Shown here: piece after piece, positions 47,880 through 61,162 of the stretch
How the letters are laid out: each line of letters opens with the position of its first letter
How positions within the stretch are numbered: the stretch's first letter is position 1
Assembly (NCBI GenBank): GCA_011109175.1
Contig: RDEW01000026.1
Coordinates: forward strand, 823,695 to 887,694
Direction of reading: 5' to 3'
DNA length: 64,000 nucleotides
Source: Dicyema japonicum
Taxonomy: Eukaryota; Animalia; Dicyemida
Notes under the pieces: model-generated
Told to the model about the DNA's origin: nothing
The model's input: only the letters and a program-made list of their open reading frames with translations
Databases searched by the model: none
Translations under genes and position numbers: made by a program

Positions 47880-50200
47880 ATTAACTAAAGTATCAGATCT
47901 CTGGTTATCGACATTCTCGTGTACACAACCGACGATAGTTCCCGCTCTTCTTTATGTGCTTTATCAATCAGCAATCCTCAGACCATTTCCCCTGATAACA
48001 AGTGCTTCTTCATGTTTCCTCAAAATTTTGTCAGAAAACCGACAGATATTGCCATTCAGGTCGTTCTCCTTGATATTTAGATGTTGGATGTCTCAATGGA
48101 GGATATTCAGTCGACCGTTGGGAAGAAAGTCTTTGTGAGTCCAATCATAATTATTAAACCCTCAAATGTCGTCTCCAGGAGCATTTCAAATGCCAAGTCC
48201 ACTAATTGGCTATGAGAACAAAAATAAGTTGTTTGACTTTGAGCATAACGCCCATCTGTTCACCTCATCAAGTTGTGCTTGTTATTACTTTAGGAAAATC
48301 AACCACGTGGGAGGATATGACCTATTCTACTGATATTGTGCTACAGAGAGACTTTAATATTGCCTTCACTTCATCGAGGAGTGCAAAGTATTTTTGGGGG
48401 GTAAATGGTAGATTCTGGATTATGATGTCCCCCGAAAGGGACGAGACCACGATTAGTAATAAACTGAATATTCTGTACAAGAAGACTCTGTCGGTTGATT
48501 ATATGGCCATGTTCTACGTTTTTGCTGCCCGGGTGTCTCCCACTTCCTTTCACCTCATTTGTGCTTGTGTGACTGACGCCGTCGACCAATCGTTTCTTTA
48601 CTTTGACAAGAGTGGTTATCAGCAGGTCGTTTCCACTAAACACTATAACGTACATTTTATGTTACTCTAAGATTCCTGGATATCAGCAGATATTCGTTTC
48701 GGTCTCTGGTGTTATATGATAAAACCACTGGAAGCTGCAAGATCTATTTCGACCCCTTTTTCGAAAATTTGCTGGGAGTTTACGTGGAGTTCTTTGAAAG
48801 CTCAGAAGGGACCCCCCAAATAACATTCCTTAACGAAGACAAATCCCGAATATTTACAAAGTCTTTCAATTACCCATCTGATGCACTCGTAAGACTATTT
48901 TATTATCATTTAGCCAAATACTAACAAATCTGTCCATAATTCGACTGAAGGTTGACTCTGGGGTTATTTTAGCTGATTCTCCGTTGAATGGATGCTATTC
49001 TACACGTGATGTTAAGATTATCAGTAATTCCTTGATATATTTCAGCTGAAACTATTTATGAGGAGAATCTGTCCGACGACGTTGAAGTGACTGCATTAAA
49101 TGATACGCTTGTTGACATTGCATGTGTTCAAAGTGGAGATCAAAGTAATGTCGATAATGTAAGCAGTAGGCGATTCCTTTGATCGTCCTGTTGACTTTGT
49201 AAGTTTTGATGATAAAGTTTTACCTGGTATTATGGATAACTGACGTCTAGACGATAATATTGCTGAAAGTTTGGTGGCAACTGATCCTGGATCACCAGTC
49301 GATGTAACACACACAGTAATCCACCAGGATGACATACAGGTGACTCAATCACTCTTTACTGGAGTGGAGGAATCGACTAAGGAAGGTTTGTGATATTTCA
49401 ATTGCTAGTTGAGGTTGTAATTGAGGACATGAAAGCTGAGGACCTAATTGGTGAACAGTCTGTGACTCAGGAGACTGATGAAGGTTTGATGGTAAGTGAC
49501 CTTAATAGTTGAGGTCTATATTGAAGAGTCTGTCATTCAAAGAGTGGAGGACACCAATGAGGGGGGTTTGATGATTACTAATAATAATTAGGTGAGGATG
49601 ATGACCAGTCTCCTCATAGTAATTCCATGGATGAACATTTTGTGATTGAACATTTTTCATCAAGAGAGGACGGTTTGGTCGTTTAAACAATTCCTAGTGG
49701 CTGAGACTCTCAGGGATTCAAACAGTCCAGTTGACCCAGCACGTGAGGACGACCAGCTTATAGTGTCTGGGGTGTCAATCCCACTAATCTCAACTGAAGA
49801 TAACCAGAATTCTGATCGGAATCAGCAAAATACTGCACCAATGACTCAAATGTCTGTTATTAGCGAGGGTTAGTCAATGTGAACGATTGTAGTCGAGATT
49901 ATCGTTGGTGATTCAGAAGATGGTGATAATTCTAATCAAAGTAAGTTTATCATTTTGTTATAATTATTGGCTGTTGTGAATTTTGTTGATAATTTTCAGA
50001 TGGTTTGGTAGATATTGCTGTTTATGTAAATTGCCGTATTCTGAATATATTTGGCTTACTACTCCCTGTCTTTTGCATTTTGTACGCATACTTGAGTACA
50101 CTGAATATTTTGAACCTTTCTTTGATGTTTATTACTTTGATTCATAACATTTCTTATTTTAGATTCTGCATGAATGATGTACTTAGACGTTTGGTAGTTT
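47880..50200 (+). pseudogene. Ankyrin-like ZU5-UPA fragment with acidic micro-exon tail
   Basis: Spliced FMFPQNFVRK.TDIAIQ|..KVFVSPIIIIKP, TWEDMTYST..AFTSSRSAKYFW and LYKKTLSVDYMAMFYVFA..LICACVTD match ankyrin ZU5B/UPA (FPEGAL..GLQ..FSPIVTVEP; WEDITGTT..SFTTNVSARFW; LYRELICVPYMAKFVVFA..LRCFCMTD). About three frameshifts; no ANK repeats; 21-26 nt introns retained. Confidence 0.75.
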
Positions 50201-50204
50201 GACT

Positions 50205-52250
50205 TAATGAATTTAATATTCATAGTCAGAGTACGAAGCGACACATTCTCAAAGGGGAGACTACTCCTTGCAGATTTGGCTAGCGAAGTTGGAGTTGAGG
50301 TCTTGACGTCCTAACCATTTCTCATACAACGGAGCTGACATGTTGGGATTGGCTCTAGTGTCTCCACAGCTCCTGGATTATGTGGACGGACCAGCGTTGC
50401 TTTGGGACATTGGGAGTGATCATATTCCGCAGGAAATATCTATAAACTTAGAATTAAACATTGCAGAAAATATTTTCCTATACTACGATACTTGGTCGAT
50501 AGACTGGGTACATTATCGTCATTATTTGTCTGAGACCTTACTATCGAAGACTATCTCTTGTTCTACACCTAATGAGCTGGACGTTTTCGACAGGTACTAT
50601 CCAGCACTATGCTGACGTATCTTCAATTATATGGAAGGAAGGTTTACTCGAAGAGCTTTCTGAAGAGCAAAGATTTTTGCCCACCTATAATACGGGATCT
50701 TATTCGCGAGAGGAATACTCTGAAGGCGAAGCACAGACGATGTATTGATATGTGGGACAGGAAAATCTTGAAATACAAAATTGATGTGATCCAAACAATG
50801 CTACAAGAAGCTTGGAAAGTAAACGCCGAAAATAAATTGAAGAGTGCAGAAAACCCTTGTTTCTGGAAAATGTACAGGAGGCTAACGAATGGGAGTTTAA
50901 AAGCGAAAAACATTAAGCTAGCCGATCAAAATGAAGGACAATCCCATTGGAAAAAGTTCCTTCGGTATTCCGAAATCAACTAGAGAATATACAGGGTGTT
51001 GATCCTATTAGTGTTATAAATGAAAAATTTTCAGAGGAGTTGCCTAATTTCATGGATTACTCTATGGAAGATCTGGGTAGTTTGACAGAAAAAGTCTCAA
51101 TGGCAGAAGTTAGAATAGCAATTCGTGAATACAAGAACAAGGCCCCAGGATTTGATGGCATTCCTATGATTATGTTCAAAGAAGGTTCTGATGAACTATT
51201 GTCTGTTCTACGAGAGATACATGAGTCGAGTTTCAGTGTCGGACACGTGCCTCCTTTATGGAAACGATCTATTGTTAAGATGATCCTCAAGCCAGTAAAA
51301 GCAAGGAAGGATCCCCTCAGTTATAGGCCGATAAGTCTTATATGTTCTACATCAAAGATTATGGAACGTATTGTATTTAAGAGACGGTATATAGAGGGGA
51401 GCAACTTTCTACGACCTAATCAATTTGGTTTCCGTCCGGGAAGATCATGTGGAGATTGTATCCACTCACTAAACTACGAAATTATAAATACACTGGAGAA
51501 GAAAAGCCAGTTGAGCCTTATTTGTCTCGACATATCAAAGGCATTCGACAGTGTATGGCACGAGGCGTTATTTCGTCAACTAGTTCGCTCTAAAATAACC
51601 AAAGAAATGTTCCTATGGTTGAAAGACTATCTAACCGGGAGGATATCCCACGTGGTAGTTGGTGGAAGTTATTCGGATGGAATATCATTTAAAAGAGGAG
51701 TGCCACAGGGATCTATTTTTAGCTCTTTGCTATTTAACATATTTATGGAAGATTTTCCGTCTCCGCAGAACGTCAGAACCAAACTAATGATTTACGCGGA
51801 CGACATTTTAATCCTCGACGGAAAAATCCAGTTATTTGAGGATAAGCAGGCCGGGTAGACATCAGCCCTACACTCTCTGTATACCAAGAGTTTCGTCATT
51901 GAAATATTTGGGGATTTCAGTCGATGGAAGAGGATCATACATGAAGGACATCGAAGGGCGAAGAAAAAAGGCTTTGCAGACACTGTACTGCACTAAAAGA
52001 CTGAAGCTAGACGTTGATTCCATGCTCTTCATCTTCCGGAATGTGATTCTTCCCAGACTGATCTACGGAAGCGAGGGATAGTTCTACACCCCTCGAGAGA
52101 AAGGATTCTCGTCCGACTGGAGAAAACACGGCGGGCGGCGATAAAACTAGCCCTCGTAAGAAATTACATTAAGCCTGACGGAGGAAGAGAACAAACTTGT
52201 CAGGCCGATCAAGGAGGACATCCTACCGAAATTGTAAAATATTATTTAAT
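50205..52250 (+). mobile_element. 5'-truncated Jockey/I-like LINE ORF2 (APE end and RT)
   Basis: FNIH..KGRLLL..GSDH; YRPISL, QFGFRPGRSC, LDISKAFDSVWH, GVPQGS, YADD. Confidence 0.88.
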
Positions 52251-52261
52251 TTGTGATTAAA

Positions 52262-52690
52262 GGAGATGGGAAGAGACCTGATGGATGACCCTTTTCCCCT
52301 TCACGTCTGGAAGATCTTTGGTCTGGGCCGCAACTTGCATAGACACGTTCTCAAGCACGAACATTTTTAAATCGGTTCAGACACCTGGAGCAGCTGCTTT
52401 GACTGCGGAAAACCTAAAAATCAAGAAATATTCTTGCCTCGGGGATCGCTACCGATTTACTCCTGTTGCGACCGAATCATCGGGAGCCGTTGGTCCAATG
52501 ACGGCTGAATTCTTGCAAGAACTCGGAGGATTGCTTGCCAGAAAGAAAAGGGATCAACGAGAAGGGTTATGGCTAAGACAAAAAGATTGGAATAGCCATA
52601 CTCCGAGGGAACTCGTTCGCAATCCACGCAGCAGGCTTCCTCAACTGACATTTGTTTAATTGTTAAAAAAAATTTTTTGTTTAAAAAAAA
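52262..52690 (+). mobile_element. CRE-like element 3' fragment
   Basis: RPDG..VWAATCIDTF..; near-identical to 29930-30290; A-rich tail. Confidence 0.85.
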
Positions 52691-53141
52691 AAATTTTGTG
52701 ATTTAATAAATTAACTTTCCATTTAGTACAACTTTTTATACATTTAACAAGTTAATTTTTATGGAGATTTAATTGACTTTTTTAGGTCCCTTATCATAAT
52801 TTAAAGGAAGAATTATCAAAATATGTAGAGCACTTTATAGGAGAAAGGAAGTCGACGCACACTTTCCTTAAAAGGGACGGGATGTTTATCCAAGTCTGTC
52901 TGGCTAATAAAAAGAAGGATGTCAAAAGTCGTCACAAAAACCATCAATAACGTTCGTTAAAAAATATATTGAAAACACTGGTATGGAGTCTAGAGCAGCG
53001 AGGGTTACTGTGGAGAAAAGGAAACAAAAGTCGTCACAAAAACCATCAATAAACGTTTATTACAAAAAATATATTGAAAATATTGACTACCCCCCGAATC
53101 CATTGATCTTCGTCCAAAATGGGGTATCCGGGAGACATTCG

Positions 53142-55069
53142 TTAATTCAAAAAACGTGCATCAAACGCTTCTTTGCTCATCTAAATTAACGGAACCGCCA
53201 AACCTTCCCGCTTTTCAACTTCTTCAATAAACCACAGTCCTCATCAATCTCATCCAAGTCATCCTCATTCAAAAGCATATCACTTTTGACACGTGACTTC
53301 TTCGCCTTCAACTTTTCCCTCTACAATTCAAAAAACAAAGTACTCTCTTAGCATATTTTGCATTCAGCCTCCTCTTAGCCTCTTTTTTGGCCAGATTGCC
53401 CTTAGCCATCTTCTTCCTTTCAATTTCTCGCCTCTTCTCCTTATAACAAACACTTTCCACGTCTACTGGGGACCGCGTGAACCCAGACACATCACATTTT
53501 CTTATTTCGACCATTTGTGGGATCTTCAACAGGCCGAAACAGCTGGCCAGTGATCCGACAAGCATTTCTGACACGTGACTACATCACTTACTGTTAATAT
53601 CGAACAACTGCCTTAGTGGATGCTTCAAATATGCCTTCACATAGCTCACAAAGGCCAGAACACCCTTCTCCATGAACTCCCGTTCAGTCTCCGACAGAGA
53701 TCTCAATTCTCCAGTTAACTCTGACAACCCGATGCCGTCCTCGAACTCATCCAAGTCAACCTAAAGTCACTAAAATCATCCACCTGCTGATTAATCCTCA
53801 GAAAGTTAACGTACACCTCCTCGTGGTCATTCAGTAGTATTATGGCTCGTCCCTCCTTCCCCATTCTGGCGTCCGACCACACCGATGAACAAACGAGCTG
53901 GCCACTTTAGGGGGATCGTACTGAACCACCCAATCCACGTCAGGAACATCAACACCACGTGCAACGATATCAGTGCATAGTAACACTCCACTAGGGTTAC
54001 AATAGTCACCACCTCCCAGAGGAGACAAATTGGGAGTAAATTGAGTCCCTTTTCCCGCGCTGTTTACGGTTAAGACAGAAAAAAGGAATTTCAGGTAACA
54101 GTCTGGAGAACACCCGATGAAAGTACGATGTCTCCGCGCACGTGGCATAGAATATAATAATTTTGTGTCCATTATTGCGTTTAATAAAGCCGTGAATGAA
54201 ATTGAACTTCGCCATTGGACTGAGACACTACACGTGACTGATTTACTCACTTTGTAGTAGTTGTTCAGTTTAGAAGGCGTCGAAGACGAATTGAGGGACA
54301 CAATCTTGTGGTTCCTCATCCCAAATTTCATAAGGGAGGTTATTTCGGCGTTGAGGGTGGCTGAGAAGATCCCCGTCCTCCTCTGTTTCGGAAGATAACG
54401 CAGAATAGTCTCGATGCTGTGGTTAATCGACATTTTACTTTGCTTTGTACCCGTCTGCCAGGAGTCTATCGGCCTCGTCAATGATGAGAACTTCCTGAAG
54501 TTATCAAAGCACTTACCAGTCGTTCCAGACACGAGGCAAAGTCGAAACCGCTGTGTCTCTGCCTTAGAAACGCCTCAGCTCTCCCAGGAGTGCACACAGT
54601 GACGTTGCCACTAAATTATCTACGAGGAAAACCCGTTAGTGGTGAACTCCCCTATGCAATCCTTCAGAGATTGTCCCCCAACCAACTGACAGAAAGAGAA
54701 TGGTAATGAAGTCATAAAGTGGGTAAATACGGTATAAACTTGGACGGCCAGCTCCCTGGTGGGCACGATGACGAGGGCGAATATCTGGACATAAGTAAGA
54801 AGGGTTACGTCGTATTTGTTGATCTTAGAGGGAAGTTTGAGAAGACGTTCAATTATTGGAATTACATAGGCAAGGGTCTTTCCACTTCCAGTGATTGCGT
54901 GGACAGAAACGTCGTAGTTTTGAAGGAATATAGGGATCGCCTTGAGCTAACGATTTATAGATAAATGTACCTGAACTGGTGTTAGAGAAGTAAAATTAAG
55001 CCCCTTTATGCTGTCAACTACAGTGTCATTTAGTTTTATGTTATGCTTTTGTAATTGTCCCTCCAACAT
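53142..55069 (-). CDS. DDX55: DEAD-box RNA helicase DDX55/Spb4 (one apparent frameshift)
   Basis: LTPVQ|..[48 protein letters not shown] and C-terminal [16 protein letters not shown]; 22-24 nt introns; 1-nt deletion near 53870. Confidence 0.9.
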
Positions 55070-56397
55070 AAATGTCCCACAAGGAAAGTTTTTAAAGCAC
55101 GTGACAAATTTAAAAAATATTTAATCAAAAATTAATATTCTTTCGTACTTATTATAACAATAATTATGATTTTCAGGAATAGAATTGGGCATTCCTTTCA
55201 TGGTGGACGAGAGTTCTTTAAACATTCGTTTATCTCTCCACCAGTCTTGATTCTAAACATAGTCGATGTATTATGCCACAGGGCTACGCGTTACCCGAGT
55301 AGACTTACCCCAAAGAAAGGGGTATTTCACCATCTTTTAAGCTTTTCACATATCCACTTCATTGAGCTCCCACGTGTAATCGCAGATAAGTATTCTATTG
55401 CGTCGTGTAGTTATTTGGTCCACTGATTTGAAGACAACACATACTTCTATCACCAGACACTTGAAGGATCAGCACATTTTATTTTGGAAGGGATATTTCT
55501 CTATTTATTTGGATGTTAAGGAATCCACCAGATTCAATTCTTTCGAGGGAAATGTTAGCCTTTCTTTCTATTTTCGTTTACAAATTCTTCCTTAGTTCCT
55601 ATCCAGTTGAAATACCCTGTGAGATACTGTGAAGAAGGATAGAGGTAAATAATCAAGTGATAGACAAGAGTGACACCACCAGCTCTACCATATAAGTCGT
55701 TGTTTACTGGAAATGAGGTGGACCATATAATTTACTTTTTGGGAGTTAAATTTCCTCAATTTTAGGTTACTAAACTGTTCCTTTACATGTTGAATTTGAG
55801 AATCCCATTTTTTGGGTGAGGTGGTGACGTCTCTCTATGCACCTCATGTCTTAATCCCCTTGTCAAGGATGAAAATACGGAACGGAATTAGCAGAAACTA
55901 GTATATAATTTTCTGTGAAAAAGTCACAGCGGTAGAACGTATGGAAGGTGGTCGTTAAGTGGAGAGCGAATTTGAAAGTCCCAAGTTGTTCTCCAAAATT
56001 TGTTCTTGACGAGATTCGAACCCCGAGTATAGTGTCACTTACGATTCTTTGTTCAGAAATCTCTTATATCCGAGTCCATCAGTTCGTCCATTCACATGGG
56101 AAGAATCATGAAAGACTCATAGTATTCTAAAGATTTCCTGAAAGGGAGACATGTTCGGTTCAACTACCTTCCGAGACTCAATCTACTTCATTTGTTTTCA
56201 GGGTAATCACGTTCATGTTGAAATTAGAGGAATCAATGAACTCAGACCCTAAGGCTATTTGAAAGGTCCCCCACTGTTTGACATGTTTTATGAGGATAGT
56301 TGAACGAGTCAGTCTGTTTGGGGTCACTTGGTTCCAAAATCGAGTGACCCAAGAAATAAGATACAAGTCACGTTAAGTAAAAATGTCACAACTAAGG

Positions 56398-57018
56398 TTA
56401 TGGAGTATATGAAATAGTGGCCACGTGGTCGAATGATTCCTCTCCGTCGGACACACGACACAATTTGTAAACTCCGTAAGATTCAGTCAAAATATAGAAG
56501 CCATCCCCGAAACGGCCGATCTCCTCTTCTGGGGTTCCAACGAAATATTTTAAAAATCCGTCTTCCACAGCTCGATATTTCTCCCAGTCATCGGGCCTCG
56601 GGGAATCAAATACGAGATTGTGCCTCAAACGAAACTTGGATGACATCACTTTGTATGTGGGACCTGAGTGGACCCCCTTCTTGTTATATTTTAGCAAAAA
56701 AACGGGAGTTATTGCTAACATTACCAGGACTAAACATATAAGCCTATTCGAACCCGAAAGTACAACGACCCCAAAATACTTTGATGAGACTATCTTGGAT
56801 TTCCTTATGGAATCAGTCATTCTGTACATTTGAAGTGATCTCATATCTCGGAAGTCTTCAATACTCTTAGTTGAACTGACTCTTTTAACCTCCGACATCA
56901 TCGGATTCCATTTGGTGGTGGTATTTCCATAAACAAAGTGAAAGGACCCAGAACTGATTGAATCCGACCATCTGAGGAGAGGCAACCCATCAACTAAACC
57001 CATAACTCTCCAACTCAA
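56398..57018 (-). CDS. Uncharacterised coding segment with a possible transmembrane helix
   Basis: 206-codon open frame; removing an in-frame 24-nt GT-AG segment gives YFGVVVLSVLVMLAITPVFLL-KYNKK; no family recognised, gene ends unresolved. Confidence 0.35.
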   Translation of the reverse strand: MSWRVMGLVDGLPLLRWSDSISSGSFHFVYGNTTTKWNPMMSEVKRVSSTKSIEDFRDMRSLQMYRMTDSIRKSKIVSSKYFGVVVLSGSNRLICLVLVMLAITPVFLLKYNKKGVHSGPTYKVMSSKFRLRHNLVFDSPRPDDWEKYRAVEDGFLKYFVGTPEEEIGRFGDGFYILTESYGVYKLCRVSDGEESFDHVATISYTP

Positions 57019-58499
57019 CTATTAAAGTCATCATTTTCATCGCTGTCGAAGAGTGACCTATCTGGTAACATAAACGACCTACATTTGCTGTATTATTTGT
57101 GTTAAATGCCCTAATTTTCACTTGTTGTTGTTTTTAAACATTCGCACCTTTCCATATTTGGAAATATATACATCGAGTTACAGGTGATCAAATCACCACC
57201 GGAAGTGACCATGTCTCTTGAGTTATGTGTGGTCGTTAGTGTGGTGGTTGTAAGGTGGGAAGGTAGTGACCTTTAAATGTTTACTTCGCTTCATGAGACC
57301 CATGTCTTCCTTCTTCCACGAGCATTGATGGGTTGAGGATATGAGGTTATTAACAAAGGAAGTGTTGGGTGCACGCAGAATCCTGGCTCTAATTCCTTAC
57401 AACCTCAATTGAAGGAATTTGGGGGTCGTCTGTCTGAAGGTGGTCACATAGACGATGGTTAGTATATTCTATAACTCTAGTGTTTGGAATTCTTCGAAGG
57501 ATCCTAATTTAGGGAATATTAGTTAGACGGTGTTTCTTTGGCTTAAATAATAATCTGTACTCGATTATACTGCAGGTATAAAACTCAGACTCTAAAGGTC
57601 TCCACCGGGGATCAAACAGGGAGACAAATTGGACTGTAATGAAAATCTATAGTATTTTGCATCAAGGAAACATCCAAAATCCCAATCTGCTATGAATCTA
57701 CATGATAAAGTGACACGGTCGTCTACGGTAACGGAGGACATTAACTGAAGCTTACTATCACGTATGAACTTTGCTTCAATGGTGATCGTTCGATATTCGG
57801 ATTTATTGGGGCCACCTAACTGCCTCCATTATTTGACTTGAAGTGCTGAAAATCAATGTTTTGCTTAGAAACCCTATTCTTTGTGAATTAATCAAGTTTT
57901 GGCTACCAACTATCGACAAAGCCTGGCACGCCTAGACTTCTCGTCGTAGAAAGAGTCTTCGTAAAAAACATTTCAATAAAAACAGAATGTGATCTCCATT
58001 GTTCAATTTTTTATTGTGGTTAAATAAAGTGGGTATTGTTAAATTTTTTGATTTAATATCTGGCTTATGCAGAGGGTCGGAATCGCCAGTCTCAAAGGCC
58101 TTGGATCCGTGAAGCAGCATTAAAATAGAACACTAACTCCCTTTCCTTTATAAATTAATGTTCCATTTAGTATTTTGCTCATAAGAAGCTTTAGTGTTCG
58201 GCCGGCTTACTGAAAGTAGTTATATGCCGCGGTATGTTTGATACAATTTTTTTCACAAACCAAATATTAAAAGAATTAAAATTATCATAATTTTTGACCT
58301 GTGTATGGTGTTAATTTCTTTATCATCTAGAATTGTGATCATTTCTCCTTCGGTATTCGTTACTGTATATTTTTTCGTTCAAATTTGGCCGTATGAGGGG
58401 TACTTTCTATTAGTCACGTTGCGTCCCGTCGTGGTGCATTAAAATTTCATCACCATCTTCAATTTCGTCGTATTTCCATCTATTTTTTTCTACAATTCT

Positions 58500-59000
58500 C
58501 TTGACCAACTTCTCCATGCTCCGCGGTTACAGGCAGTTATTCCGAGCGTATCCAGATCATCTCAAGTTTTCAGCTTTCGTCCTACATTGGTCAGGTCCTT
58601 GTGTAGAACCTCTGGCAAAGTTATGCGAGGTCTTCCACGGAACGAGGTATTCACTTCTGGGCAGAAATAGTTATCCATTGCTATTTTAGCAGGCGTCATC
58701 TGGCTCATTCGAAGGATGTGACCAAACAGACGCCATCTTGATTCCATGATATCCAGACTCAATGGTCTTGTATTACATACTTTGTATAGATTCTTGTTTG
58801 TAATTTTTTTCGGCCAGTTGATGCCAAGCAACAGTCGGAGTTGCCTACGATGGAAGGCATCTAGTTTGTCCATTACCGCTTCTGAGACACCCCAGGTTGC
58901 AGCGTTGTACATTAGGACCGGTTTCACGAAGGCATTGTATAGTCTTACTCGTAGTTGTGTGCTAATTTGTTTACGATGATTCCAGTTACTCCCATTTTTC
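58500..59000 (-). mobile_element. RTE-clade 3' fragment
   Basis: PVLMYNAATWG..DAFHRRQLR..RWRLFGHILR..RGRPRITLP parallels 41779-42300. Confidence 0.85.
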
Positions 59001-59059
59001 TAAAAACCGCGACGGCCCGGTTTTTGTAGTGCAATTAGTGTGTCATTACCCGGAGTGCG

Positions 59060-59450
59060 GAAAAAAAGTCAAGTCCGTAAGGGGAAAAAAAGTCAATTCG
59101 TCTTTTTTTAGTTTATATCGTATTTTTATAGCATTAATAGCATCTTTTAATTTTTAACATTTTTTTCAACACTTGACTTTTTTTCCATTTGACTTTTATC
59201 AATTATCTTAAATTTTCCCTTATAAATTTTCGAAATTTAGCGCAAAACGGAAAAAAAGTCAAGTCCGTGATCAGCGGACTTGACTTTTTTTCCGCTTTGG
59301 TACAATCGCTTTGACTAAATCAATTTAAGAATTTCAAGGTAATAATAAATTGACTTGACTTTTTTCGCTTTGGTTTAATCTTTTTGACTTAATCAATATA
59401 CGGATTTCAAGGTTGTAATCAAGCGTATTTTAAATATTATGCTTGCCGCA
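59060..59450. repeat. AAAAAAGTCAA motif cluster with a perfect 20-bp inverted repeat (probable DNA-transposon terminus)
   Basis: CGGAAAAAAAGTCAAGTCCG-TGATCAG-CGGACTTGACTTTTTTTCCG at 59248-59294, plus direct and inverted copies between 59068 and 59370. Confidence 0.75.
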
Positions 59451-59599
59451 AAAATAAGAGACAAAATGGAGATATCAACTAACAAGGAGGAAAGAAAATT
59501 TGTTTTAAGGGTTATATGTATACAAAGCACTCGGTGACCAAAAAACTATGTAGTAATTCCATAGTACACATTTTCTGTCAATAAATTTTTACCAAATGG

Positions 59600-60375
59600 G
59601 GTCGTACATGAATCCTGACTGTCACCAATTATCCTCAACCTTTTTATGAGCAATATGCCTTTCCATAGCAGCAACAACACTCTGATCCTCGCTTATGCTC
59701 ACGACATAATCTTGGCAACAAGAGACCAGTATATTCACACATCGGGTACCCGCTTACAAGATTTACTGGACAACCTGAACTGTTGGATTATGAGGAAGCT
59801 ATTAGACACAAGTCCTGAAAACTCTAACACAATGATTTTTACTTCAAACAGAAGACATTTTTACACTTAATGGAATGTCAATCCTTTCTGCTAACTCTAT
59901 CAAAATACTGGGGATCATATAAGACCTCCTTATGACTTTCAGAAAACATGCCAGCAACGTCATTTCTTTCCAACGAAAACTAAATTTTGTAAAATTACTT
60001 CTCGGATACTACAAAGGCTGTTTCTACGCAACAAGCCACCTTTATACGTTATACATTCAACCGACAATCAGCTACTGCTGTGCGGCATAGGGAACAAACC
60101 AATACGAACCTAAAGAAGATCAATGTCTTCCAAGAAACAGTCACGAGGGCCCTACAAAGGTTCTACTCATCAATAATGCCAACTCCGTTCGAGGAACTTT
60201 TGAGGAAAACGGAAGACCAATTGAAATCTCCAAAATTCCGAAAAGTGTCTCATTCATACTGGAATTGCGTAAGTTCTCGGGTGGAACACCGAGAAAGGAT
60301 GAGACGACTGCTTAAGGAGACTGAGATCACCTGACTGCCATTCCCGGTGATTCTTGGTTCTAAATAAATAAATGG
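59600..60375 (+). mobile_element. Degenerate Jockey-like RT 3' fragment with tail
   Basis: LSPIILNLFMSNMP, LAYAHDII, IKILGII; GAGATCAC...GTGATTCTTGG stem and TAAA tail. Confidence 0.7.
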
Positions 60376-61162
60376 GAGAGCCGACGCACAACTCTAAGAT
60401 CAGAAACCTTGGAGATGTTGCCAAATATTTAACTTTACATTAGTCAAGCCTTTGGGAAGTACAATTTTTTAAAACTGCAAAAATTAAATTTGAATGAGAA
60501 TTTGATGTTGCAAAATTCATTTCACTTTTTAATCCAGAAATTTCAAAACAATACGAAAAGCCCAGTAAAACAACGATCGACAATTTATAACAGAAGGATA
60601 TTCTATACGACCCCTGAGAGATTCTATAAGTCGGATGATGTCAACATCTTTGAGTTTTTATAAACCATGAAGGGGGCATTCTATGGACATTTTTAGATTG
60701 TTTGTGTTATTGCCAAGCTCTGTATTGACTGAAACAATTCTGTGACTTCTCTTCAAGAAATATTCAGGAAAATACGACCGAAAATGGAAAGCAATGAACT
60801 CCGAAAACCCTAGCGACAAACAGATCGCTGAATACTACATTTACCATTATTTCCCTAAGTCATATTACTCAAATCTTAAATTATATCAATAACCTCACTG
60901 CGGACTATACTACAGTCAGACCTCGATTCGGAGAAAACCTCACTTTGGTTTTGGAACACCCCCAGATTTTTGAACGCTTGGTAGTATTTAGTAGAAATGG
61001 AAAAGACCAAAAACGTCGACGTGGAACAAAATTAATTATAACTTATTTAATGGTTTAATTTAAAAAAATTTCACTTTGACTTGTCATTCTTAAGATGAGT
61101 CTAAAATACCAAGAAAAACTGCCAGGCCCAAAAACTGCCGCATGCCAAATAACACTCTAAAC

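Noticed and set aside
49241-49243. Nonsense codon in the ankyrin-like tail
   Set aside because: It lies inside a 24-nt GT-AG segment whose removal keeps the frame.
46270-52250. One LINE split in two by the ankyrin fragment
   Set aside because: Both pieces contain their own, different version of the endonuclease GD.N motif region (GDLNAK near 47790; FNIH near 50215), so they overlap rather than abut.
56010-56030. Isolated B-box (GGTTCGAATCTC, minus strand) as a tRNA or SINE
   Set aside because: No A-box, cloverleaf or SINE body nearby.
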